Shown piece by piece: positions 8,076 to 17,095 of a DNA stretch of 17,095 nucleotides (position 1 is the stretch's first letter; every line of letters starts with the position of its first letter). Origin of the DNA: Octopus sinensis (Eukaryota); the NCBI RefSeq assembly GCF_006345805.1, contig NW_021824904.1:1-17095 (forward strand). Reading direction: 5' to 3'. The notes under the pieces are model-generated. The model saw only the letters and a program-made list of their open reading frames with translations, was not told the origin of the DNA and did not search any database. A program made the position numbers and the translations under genes.

Positions 8076-8493
8076 AAACAACAATAATAATATGCCCTGA
8101 AATTTGGGGTGAGAAGATGAAGATGAGTGTAGCATAAAGTCTGAAATTTTGAGGGACAGGGTAATGACAGCCTGTGACATTCGTGCCTTTCCAAAAGGAC
8201 GTTATAATTACTATATCAAGAATTATAAACTATGGAAGCCTATAATTAAATTGACTGAGGCAGACGACAGGCTTTTATTGAGAAGGCAAAAAAAAAAACG
8301 ATCTCATTTATTTATTGTTTTTACAAAAAATAATGCTTAATTCTAACATATGGTACATAGTTTGATCGGTTGTCGAAAGGAATACATAGGATTCTGTGAC
8401 ATTCATACGTTTTCCCATGTGTATAGTGACGTAAGCAGTGAACAAAGAACTCGGTAACCTTTGAGGTGTGAAATAACGAACTTCTTGAACGAG

Positions 8494-8755
8494 TCAACAA
8501 GGGAAGTATTTCTTATGTGGTTGTTTGGCCAGCAAGAAACAACAGCCAAGCTAAAATTTATGACCAAATCACACGTCCTATTGTCTCGAAAACCAAAATA
8601 TAAAAAGTATGCATTGAATAAAGCGATTCTATAATTTTATACACACACACACGCACACACATACATATACATACATATATACATATATACGTATACATAT
8701 ACACAAATATAGTCAGACAGACAGACAGAAAGACAGACAGATCGATCGATAGATC

Positions 8756-8817
<62 letters not shown>

Positions 8818-8839
8818 TGGATAGATAGATAGATAGATC

Positions 8840-8873
<34 letters not shown>

Positions 8874-8883
8874 GAGAGAGATG

Positions 8884-8940
<57 letters not shown>

Positions 8941-9126
8941 TTAGATATAGATGCATACACAAATAGATATACACACACGCGCGCACACTGAAAAATAATA
9001 AAAGACAGGATGGTCAGGAATGGCACGCTTCTGCTGAAACTAGATTGTGTCGATGCTAAACACAGCCGTCTCAGCCAGTACCCCACCACCACCAACAACA
9101 ACAACAACAACAGCAACAGCAACAGC

Positions 9127-9140
<14 letters not shown>
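8494..9140 (+). mobile_element. Repeat family C copy split by about 345 bp of (CA)/(GACA)/(GATA)n microsatellite
   Basis: 8494-8635 resembles the reverse complement of 440-545; 8995-9030 (aaagacaggatggtca) resembles the reverse complement of 9505-9530 and 9635-9655; it ends in (AAC)n. Confidence 0.5.
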
Positions 9141-9160
<20 letters not shown>

Positions 9161-9162
9161 CA

Positions 9163-9197
<35 letters not shown>

Positions 9198-9210
9198 ACT
9201 ACTACTACAG
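9090..9210. repeat. (CAC)-(AAC/AGC)-(TAC) trinucleotide mosaic
   Basis: Direct reading. Confidence 0.93.
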
Positions 9211-9392
9211 TTAAGACTTTAAATGCAAACTGTCGAAATTCAATCACATGGACACAAATGTTGAGTAAGCCACGCCCAAGTATATTACTGGTATTTTGAA
9301 CAAACGGGGAAACCTACGTGGACATTAGAAACAATAGCCAAATCTATCTTCTCACTTATATCACACTCATGAAAGATGCATTGGATTGTGCT

Positions 9393-9426
<34 letters not shown>

Positions 9427-9660
9427 CAGCAGCAGCAGCAGCAGCAGCAGCTGTTGTTTAACCCCCAGGTCAACCCCAATCGAGTAAACCCAGTATCAAC
9501 GGCATTCCAGCTGCGACCATCTCGTCTTTCTCACTAAGACTGCCTTAACAATGTCTCAAAGCTATTTGATCTTACCGTTGTCCATCTCTCGGGTCAACCC
9601 TGATCTACCCCACATATAATCAAACCTCATTTCAAATGTGACCATCCCGTCTGTCTCTGA
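9393..9660 (-). mobile_element. Two family C 3' fragments with (GTA)n(GCA)n tail
   Basis: ttgtttaaccccaggtcaacccc...cattccagctgcgaccatctcgtct, and a second gggtcaaccctgatc...gtgaccatcccgtct about 130 bp later. Confidence 0.55.
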
Positions 9661-9694
9661 GTATCTAAGAGTACATTGGGGTTTTTTTCAAGTT

Positions 9695-9760
9695 GGTTAA
9701 CAAGCTCACTTTGAAACCATACGATTCCAAGTTTGATGCCACTGCGCGGCACCTGGGCAT
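9695..9760 (+). mobile_element. Degenerate SINE family B head fragment
   Basis: acgattccaagtttgatgccactgcgcggcacctgggca versus family B atggttccgggttcagtcccactgc..ggca.cttgggca. Confidence 0.5.
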
Positions 9761-9879
9761 CTGCCCGTCACCATATTTACGGAGTCACCAATTTACAATG
9801 TGTTCGAAATTCTGTAGGCAGTAAACACTGCTGAAGAAGGTCCACAGGTTACACAGTTGATATCAAACTTAGGCAGGAG

Positions 9880-10075
9880 GCAAGAAATTTGAAGTGGGGA
9901 AGTGAACAGTTGATTTTATCGCTCCTCACAATACGGTTGATCCTTTATCTAACAACCCATCGGAAGCGGGGAATATCAAAGCAGACGTTGATGGAGTTTG
10001 AATTCAGAGTTCTAAACGACCACAACTCTAAACGCCTCAAAACATCTTTTACGGCACTAACGCTTCTGCTAATGT
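9880..10075 (-). mobile_element. Old degenerate SINE family A
   Basis: ggagtttgaattcagag and cggcactaacgcttctgcta align with ggaatttgaactca and cggcgtgctaacgtttctgcca of the 1730-1961 copy. Confidence 0.6.
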
Positions 10076-10080
10076 TTCCA

Positions 10081-10493
10081 CTTACTCTCTTTTACTCATT
10101 TACTTGTTTCAGTCATTTTGACTGCGGCCATGCTGGAGCACCGCCTTTTAGTCGAGCAAATCGACCCCGGGACTTATTCTTTGTAAGCCCAGTACTTATT
10201 CTATCGGTCTCTTTTGCCGAACCGCTAAGTTACGGGGACGTAAGCACACCAGCATCGGTTGTCAAGCAATGTTAGGGGGACAAACACAGACACACAAACA
10301 CACACGCATATATATATATATACATATATAAGACGGGCTTCTTTCAGTTTCCGTCTACCAAATCCACTCACAAGGCATTGGTCGGCCGAGGCTGTAGTAG
10401 AAGACACTTGCCCAAGTTACCATGCAGTGGGACTGAACCCGGAACCATGTGGTTGGTTAGCAAGCTACTTACCACAGAGCCACTCCTGCGCCT
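10081..10493 (-). mobile_element. Full-length tRNA-derived SINE family B (about 410 bp) with internal (CA)/(TA) microsatellite
   Basis: The minus strand starts aggcgcaggagtggctctgtggtaagtagc (A-box-like) and carries ggttccgggttcagtccc (B-box-like), a ccttgggcaagtg-like CORE-type segment and a short repeated tail. It is colinear with 12738-13106 and 13818-14176. Confidence 0.92.
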
Positions 10494-10848
10494 TGTTCTC
10501 TTTTTTTGAAAACATTTGCTCTTTCCTGGGTTAGAGGAGAGATATGAAGAAGATTTAGCTGCTATGTCTAGCAGACTAAAATTCCACGTAAGCCGACACC
10601 CATTTGGCACCGATGAAGAAATCTTGTATGTGTGTGTATGTTTTTTTTAAAGATTATGACAGAAGAAATATGGTGTCTTTCAGTCTGCACACAAGAATAG
10701 CTCGCTGGAATTTTGCTAAAAGGGTGAGACCGTACCCACGCAAGAACGCTAGATATTTCTACATTTTATAGCATGCGGGTGTACACCTTGCTTAACCTGT
10801 TGCACACTTTTGTGAAGACTATACATACACGCGCGCAAGTAGGTCGTA

Positions 10849-10886
<38 letters not shown>

Positions 10887-10890
10887 TGTA

Positions 10891-11006
10891 TCTTTCGTCT
10901 TTCATCTTTCACTTGTTTCAGTCATTAGACTACAACCATGCTGGAGCATCGCTCTGAAGAATTTTTAGTCGAATAAATCGACCCCAGTACTTTTATTGTA
11001 AGCCCC
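10891..11006 (-). mobile_element. SINE family B, 3' fragment
   Basis: acttgtttcagtcattagactacaaccatgctggagcatcgc...tcgaccccagtactt. Confidence 0.8.
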
Positions 11007-11009
11007 GTT

Positions 11010-11010
11010 C

Positions 11011-11058
<48 letters not shown>

Positions 11059-11095
11059 ACATGTATATATGTATGTATGTATGTGTATGCATGTA

Positions 11096-11131
<36 letters not shown>

Positions 11132-11217
11132 TGTATGTATGTATGTATGTATGTATGTATGTATGTATGTATGTATGTATTGTATATATATATATATTAT
11201 ATATATATATATATATA
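11010..11217. repeat. (TA)n/(TATG)n microsatellite
   Basis: Direct reading; explains the MYVC/IY ORFs. Confidence 0.96.
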
Positions 11218-11859
11218 ATTTCAACAATTGAGGGTAAAATAATTAATTAATTAATCAATTTCACCAAGTATTCAGTATGCAAAGGGACCATTTAAGGCGA
11301 ATTCAAATTATTACATTATATAAAAGGGCTTAGTAAAATAAATTACTTTGCGCATACTGAACTCGTTAGAAATAGCAGCTAAAAAAAACTTTTATAAAAC
11401 TATTTCTAACACTTAAAGAAAACCTCTCTCATATATGTGTTTGCTCAATTCAACTCAAGGAAGTATGGGGGTAGAGACATTAAAAAATCAAATGCAAGGT
11501 TATTCGAGTACGTACGTTTCAAGATTAGTTGTTGGCACTGTTAGTTTGGAACAGATCTTCAGAAGCGATAACAAGCCGAAAGGGTATGCTCCCATTTTCA
11601 GTGTTTTCAGATTCAAACAAGGGCATTCTGAGCTGATGAGAGAAGGGTCGATTTTGACTAATCTTGAAACGTACGTACTCGAATAACTTGCATTTGATTT
11701 TTTATGTCTCTACCCCCATACTTCCTTGAGTTGAATTGAGCAAACACTATATGAGAGAGGTTTTCTTTAAGTGTTAGAAATAGTTTATAAAAAGTTTTTT
11801 TTTTAGCTGCTATTTCTAACGAGTTCAGTATGCGGCAAAGTAATTTATTTTACTAAGCC

Positions 11860-11869
<10 letters not shown>
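11218..11869. mobile_element. Long inverted repeat containing a hammerhead ribozyme; probable non-autonomous Penelope-like element (inverted pLTRs)
   Basis: Arms 11317-11529 and 11657-11869 (213 bp each) differ by only a handful of small indels around a 127-bp spacer. The left arm continues about 100 bp further (11218-11316). Both ends run into (TA)n. Confidence 0.75.
11618..11690 (+). ncRNA. Type I hammerhead ribozyme (Penelope-like minimal form with palindromic stem III)
   Basis: Stem I attc(t)gag/ctcgaat extended by caag/cttg; core CTGATGA 11633-11639; stem II GAGA-ag-GGTC(gatttt)GACT-aa-TCTT; GAAA 11666-11669; stem III AC(GTAC)GT, forming the palindrome ACGTACGT; cleavage triplet GUA with the cut predicted after 11677. 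Confidence 0.75.
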
Positions 11870-11906
<37 letters not shown>

Positions 11907-11997
11907 GTATATATATGTGTATATACACTATATATCAGCACACCTGTTTGTGTGAGTGTATGTGTGTGTGTGTATATATATCTAGGTCACTAGTTAT

Positions 11998-12203
11998 GCT
12001 AGTTACGGGGACGTAAACACACCAACAGCGGCTGTGAAGCAGTAGTGCAGGACAAACACAGACACACACACAGACACACATATACGACGGGCTTCTTTCA
12101 CAATGGCTCACAAGGCATTGGTCAGCTCGAGACTATAGTGGAAAAATACTTGCCGAAGGCGCCACGCAGTGAGACTGAACCCGAAACCACGTTGTTAGGA
12201 AAC
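11998..12203 (-). mobile_element. SINE family B, central fragment
   Basis: agttacggggacgtaaacacacc...tacgacgggcttctttc...gactgaacccgaaaccac. Confidence 0.82.
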
Positions 12204-12205
12204 TA

Positions 12206-12230
<25 letters not shown>

Positions 12231-12239
<9 letters not shown>

Positions 12240-12468
12240 ATTGGTGAATTGAAGAATGGAGCTGAACGCAGATTGAACAGAAATCGTGCGTTCAGCTCAT
12301 TTCTTCAATTCACCAATAATGTTTTAATTTCAATTATCCGCACCAACGCACGGTTGCAACGCCAGATGGTTGTACCTCCAACCGTGCTGTTCACTGCTGT
12401 GATTTTTGCTACTAAGGTATCGGTTAAACTTTTGATTAATCTACTACAAGATTATTCCTTCTATTCAC

Positions 12469-12473
<5 letters not shown>
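12231..12473. repeat. TA-flanked double-hairpin cassette of unknown type
   Basis: Hairpin 1 has arms 12231-12270 and 12287-12326 (38/40) with a 16-nt loop. Hairpin 2 is gcacggttg 12348-12356 / caaccgtgc 12379-12387. (TA)n lies on both sides. Confidence 0.7.
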
Positions 12474-12504
<31 letters not shown>

Positions 12505-12546
12505 ATATATATGATATATATATATATATATATATATGTATTATAT

Positions 12547-12593
<47 letters not shown>

Positions 12594-12737
12594 ATATACA
12601 ACATATATTATATATATATATATATATATACATACATATATATGTGTGTGCGTGTGTATGTGGGTGTGTGTGCGTGTGTATGTATATATGTATGCGTAAT
12701 ATATATATATATATATATATACATACGTATATATATA
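12474..12737. repeat. (TA)n/(TG)n compound microsatellite
   Basis: Direct reading. Confidence 0.95.
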
Positions 12738-13106
12738 TTACTTGTTTCAGTCATTTGACTGCGGCCATGCTGGAGCACCGCTTTTAATCGAAGAAATCGA
12801 CCCCAGGATTAATTCTTTGCAAGCCTAGTACTTATTCTATCGGTCACTTTTTGCCGAACCGCTAAGTTACGGGGACATAAACACTCCAACATCGGCTGTC
12901 AAGCGATGGTGGTGGTGGTGGTGGCGGGAACAAACACAGACCCACAAACACATACATATACATACGTATATACAGCGGGATTCTTTCAGTTTCCGTCTAC
13001 CAAATCCACTCACAAGGCTTTGGTCAGCCAAAGGCTATAGTAGAAGACACTTGCCCAAGTTGCCATGCAGTGGAACTGAACGCAGAACCCTGTGGTTGGG
13101 AAGCAA
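12738..13106 (-). mobile_element. SINE family B, near full length
   Basis: Colinear with 10081-10493; lacks the first about 30 nt of the head. Confidence 0.9.
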
Positions 13107-13544
13107 TATATTATGTGCGTATGTACGTGTGTGTGTGTGCGCGTGTATATATATATATGTATGTATGTATTATTCCATAATTGTTATGACTAGAGTCAGT
13201 CATAGGATGGTAGACATGCTGAGGCATCGCCCGAACTCTACCAGTTTTTTTTTAACCGGTAAAAACAAACAGTAACAAGAAGATACAGAAAAACGCGCAC
13301 AATTATATATATCCCTACATATATACATACACATATGCATGCATATATATAAATATATATGCACACATACACACACATGGTAGGCTTCTCTACAGTTTCC
13401 ATTTGCCTAATTTCAGTTACAAGATTTGGTCAACACAAGGCTTTCTATCGAAGAAGACATCAGTATCAAATGAATTTCCAAAGAAGAACAACTTCGAAAT
13501 TATTTAAACCTGTTCTGTTCTTTAACCAAGGAATTATAATATAA

Positions 13545-13667
13545 TATATTATAATATATTACAATGTATAGTAAATATAGTATAATGTAATATATTGTAA
13601 CATTGCCAAAGTAATGTAATATATGAATGAGTAAGTATATATATATATTATATATATATAATATATT

Positions 13668-13715
<48 letters not shown>

Positions 13716-13752
13716 ATATATATATATATATATGTATATATGAATGTGTAAG

Positions 13753-13808
<56 letters not shown>

Positions 13809-13815
13809 CATATCA
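13545..13815. repeat. AT-rich / (TA)n tract
   Basis: Direct reading. Confidence 0.92.
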
Positions 13816-13817
13816 TA

Positions 13818-14176
13818 TTGTTTTCAGTCATTGACTGCGGCTATGCTGCAGCACTGCCTTAGTCGAGCAAATCGATCCCAGGGCTTATTCTTTGCAAGCC
13901 TAGTACTTATTCTATCGGTCTCTTTTGCAGAACCGTTAAGTTACGGGTACGTAAACACACCAGCATCGGTTGTCAAGCGATGCTGGGGTGACAAACACAG
14001 ACACACAAACACACACACACGACGAGCTTCTACCAAATCTACTCACAAGGCTTTGGTCGGCCCGAAGCTATAGTAGAAGACACTTGACGAAGGTGCCACG
14101 CAGTGGGACTGAACCCAGAACCCAGAACCATTTGGTTGGTAAGGAAGCTACTTACCACACAGCCACTCCTGTGCCT
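13818..14176 (-). mobile_element. SINE family B, full length, with a small internal deletion and a 7-bp internal duplication (gaaccca x2)
   Basis: Colinear with 10081-10493; head ends ccacacagccactcctgtgcct. Confidence 0.9.
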
Positions 14177-14355
14177 ATTATATATATATATACATATATA
14201 TAGGGATGGTATTATTAAAATACCATCACAAATAGTAAGCGAATTATCAACCGTACAGGCAAATTAATAAAATATATACATACAGTATTAGATATGTACG
14301 TATATACATAAGGATACTACATGAGTACCTATACCACTAATATATATATATATAT

Positions 14356-14438
<83 letters not shown>

Positions 14439-14523
14439 TGAGTGTGTGTGTGTGTGTGACTAGTCTGGCAAGTGCCAGCGCACGAAAGTCACAGACCTTG
14501 AGTCACTCTGTTGGCTCTGCTAA

Positions 14524-14555
<32 letters not shown>

Positions 14556-14563
14556 GATATATA

Positions 14564-14657
14564 TTGTTGTATGGATTTCAAATTTGGCACAAGGCCAGCA
14601 ATTTCGGGGGTAGAGGGTAAGTTGATTACATGGACTCCACTACTCAACTGGTACTTG
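14564..14657 (-). mobile_element. SINE family A, 3' fragment
   Basis: tttcaaatttggcacaaggccagcaatttc...gttgattacatggactcc...ctggtactt, similar to 5614-5700 and 7716-7805. Confidence 0.7.
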
Positions 14658-14790
14658 TATATTAGCGTATATACGTACGAGTGTGTATATATATATGCAT
14701 GCGCACGTGTATTGATCTACACGTCTGTATAACTGCTGTATAAATGGTATGCGTATACGAGTGTGCACGTATACATCCATGTATATGTTT

Positions 14791-14827
<37 letters not shown>

Positions 14828-14900
14828 ATATGTGTGTGTGTGTAGGTGTGTTTGCGTATACATATATTTACGATACTTGCATATACACACAGATACATAT

Positions 14901-15036
14901 GTAAATAATACGCACACCACCCGTTTTCCGCGTAACCTTAACCCTGACCAGAAATCTCTAACTGTAACCCTAAACCCTAACCCTAACCCCAAGCCCTAAA
15001 CCCTAACCCTAAACACCGGTTGTGCATATTTTTTAC
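14901..15036. mobile_element. Small TIR element (MITE-like) filled with degenerate (CCCTAA/CCCTAAA)n
   Basis: TIR gtaaataatacgcaca (14901-14916) versus the reverse complement of 15021-15036, gtaaaaaatatgcaca (14/16). The interior has about 8 telomere-like units. No clear TSD. Confidence 0.55.
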
Positions 15037-15205
15037 CTTCGGCATATACATACATACATATACACATACGCGCACACGTTGGGCAGGAATCTCTGATAGT
15101 GATCACTTTGGGGCAGACCATTTTACACGACATTAGGAAAGGGGATCTCCCCAAACACAATTTCGGCCAACAATACTCGCGATTATAATTAACGGCTTCC
15201 ACTTT

Positions 15206-15432
<227 letters not shown>

Positions 15433-15503
15433 GTGTGGTGTGTGTATGTCTGTCTATCTATCTATATGTGTTGTGTATATATATATTTATATATATATAT
15501 ATA

Positions 15504-15575
15504 CATTTTTAATTTTACATTTTACATTTTATCCAGTTTCAGCTCACGAGCTGTGGCCATGCTGGGGCACCGCCA
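15504..15575 (-). mobile_element. SINE 3' tail fragment related to family B
   Basis: gtttcagctcacgagctgtggccatgctggggcaccgcc versus family B gtttcagtcatttgactgcggccatgctggagcaccgcc. Confidence 0.65.
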
Positions 15576-15579
15576 TTAA

Positions 15580-15633
15580 TATATATATATATATAGAGAG
15601 AGAGATATATATATAAATTGATAGCTAGATAAA

Positions 15634-15681
<48 letters not shown>

Positions 15682-15775
15682 TAGATAGATAGACAGACTA
15701 ACATACCGGTAGATTGATAGATAGATAGATCGATCGATCGATACATACATACATACATACATACATACATAAACA
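15580..15775. repeat. (TA)/(GATA)/(GACA)/(TACA) compound microsatellite
   Basis: Direct reading. Confidence 0.93.
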
Positions 15776-16204
15776 CGTATAGAATGTAGATATAGTTTGA
15801 TCGTGATATAGATATGTATACACAATGAATATCTGGAAAAAGAACAAGCATATATTTAAATAATTTATAATAATCATCATAATAAAGACAATCGTAATAA
15901 AGTAGAGAAACGATAGCAAAAACCGTTCGATTGAAAGGCCGATGTGTTCTTACCTTCAGTTGCCATTCCGTATCCCAAATAATGGTAAACCAACAATAGA
16001 AAGTAATATCTAATCACAGACATGGTAAAAAGTAAATATATATATATATATGTATGTATATTATAAATATGAATCCAGTCTGGTGTACATGTATCTGTAT
16101 ATACACTCACGTTGGACGTAAATCACACAGATTGGAAATATAATGGGTTTTAACAACAACAACAGTAACAACAACAGTCGTTATGAACCACTGAAAGTCG
16201 GTTC

Positions 16205-16431
16205 CTGCTGCTGCTGCTGTTGGTGGTGTTGGTGGTGGTGGTGGTGGAGATGGTGGTGGTGGTGCGCGCGCGTGTGTAGTCGTACGTGTGTGTAGGTGTG
16301 TGAATTTATATATGTGTGTGTGTGTGTGTTTATGTTTAGCTGTGTGTGTGTACGTGCATTGCTGTATGTATTACTGATATGTTTGTGAGTGGAACATTGT
16401 GCGTGTGTGTTGTCGTGAATGTGTGTGTGTG

Positions 16432-16485
<54 letters not shown>

Positions 16486-16757
16486 CGCTTATAAAGTTGT
16501 GGTTGTTGTGTGAATGACCATTGCTGTTAGCATTGTCATCGTCGTCACAAACATTGTCATCATCATCATCATCATCGCCGACATCATAACTATGTGTGCG
16601 TGTTTGTGAATTTATATGTCTGAATATTTATATTTGCGGATGTGTGTGCGTGCGTGACGAAACGTGTGTGGTGTGTATGTATACGTGTGTATGTATACAT
16701 GTGTGTGTGTATGTATGTGTTCAAAAGGACAGGTGAGAAATGAACACAGACACACAC

Positions 16758-16816
<59 letters not shown>

Positions 16817-16826
16817 CGAGAGAAAG

Positions 16827-16874
<48 letters not shown>

Positions 16875-17095
16875 GATTAGAGAGAGAGAGGAGAGAAAGA
16901 AAGAAAGAGATAGATAGATAGATAAATAGATAGGCGAGGATAGATAGATAGGTAGGTAGGTAGATAGGTAGGTAGATGGATGGATGTAGATGGGTAGAGG
17001 GGTGGATGGATGGATGGATGGATGAGGAGAGGATGGATGACCAGGTGGATTGACGAAACAGACGGACAGATGTGAGTGTGTTAGACAGATAGAAG
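16205..17095. repeat. Mosaic of (GCT/GGT), (TG), (CAT), (GATA), (GA) and (GGAT) microsatellites
   Basis: Direct reading. Confidence 0.92.

Noticed and set aside
9830-9870. CTGAAGA-aggtccac... as another hammerhead
   Set aside because: No convincing stem II and no GAAA box (gatatc in its place). It could be a very decayed relic but cannot be supported.
10081-10493. tRNA genes at SINE heads (also 1900-1961 and 3835-3900)
   Set aside because: A/B-box-like motifs are present but there is no complete cloverleaf; they continue into multi-copy SINE bodies.
11435-11686. 83-aa ORF across the palindrome spacer as a GIY-YIG or other PLE protein remnant
   Set aside because: No recognisable motif in any frame I translated; the ORF overlaps the non-coding arms and the ribozyme.

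Overview
A eukaryotic, repeat-saturated 17 kb window with no prokaryotic-type genes or CRISPR array. The repeat families resemble those I recall from Octopus (coleoid cephalopod) genomes; this is an inference from recall, not a database result. Most of the sequence is compound microsatellite plus about 25 copies or fragments of three SINE or SINE-like families (labelled A, B and C here). It also holds a decayed, internally deleted and interrupted Tx1/L1-type LINE (about 4890-6860, minus), an RTE-type LINE 3' fragment (4225-4593, minus), a Tc1/mariner-type MITE (2510-2718) and a small TIR element filled with telomere-like repeats (14901-15036). Nearly all listed ORFs are microsatellite artefacts or LINE debris. 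The only host-gene candidate of note is a GC-richer exon-like island at about 7410-7573 whose strand is ambiguous. The most interesting signal is a set of palindromic elements built around Penelope-type hammerhead-ribozyme motifs. One is a 213-bp-arm inverted repeat with an apparently complete type I hammerhead (11317-11869). Another is a 42-bp-arm hairpin made of two head-to-head hammerhead-like halves (1192-1280), with a collapsed relative at 660-693. A further TA-flanked double-hairpin cassette of unknown type sits at 12231-12473.
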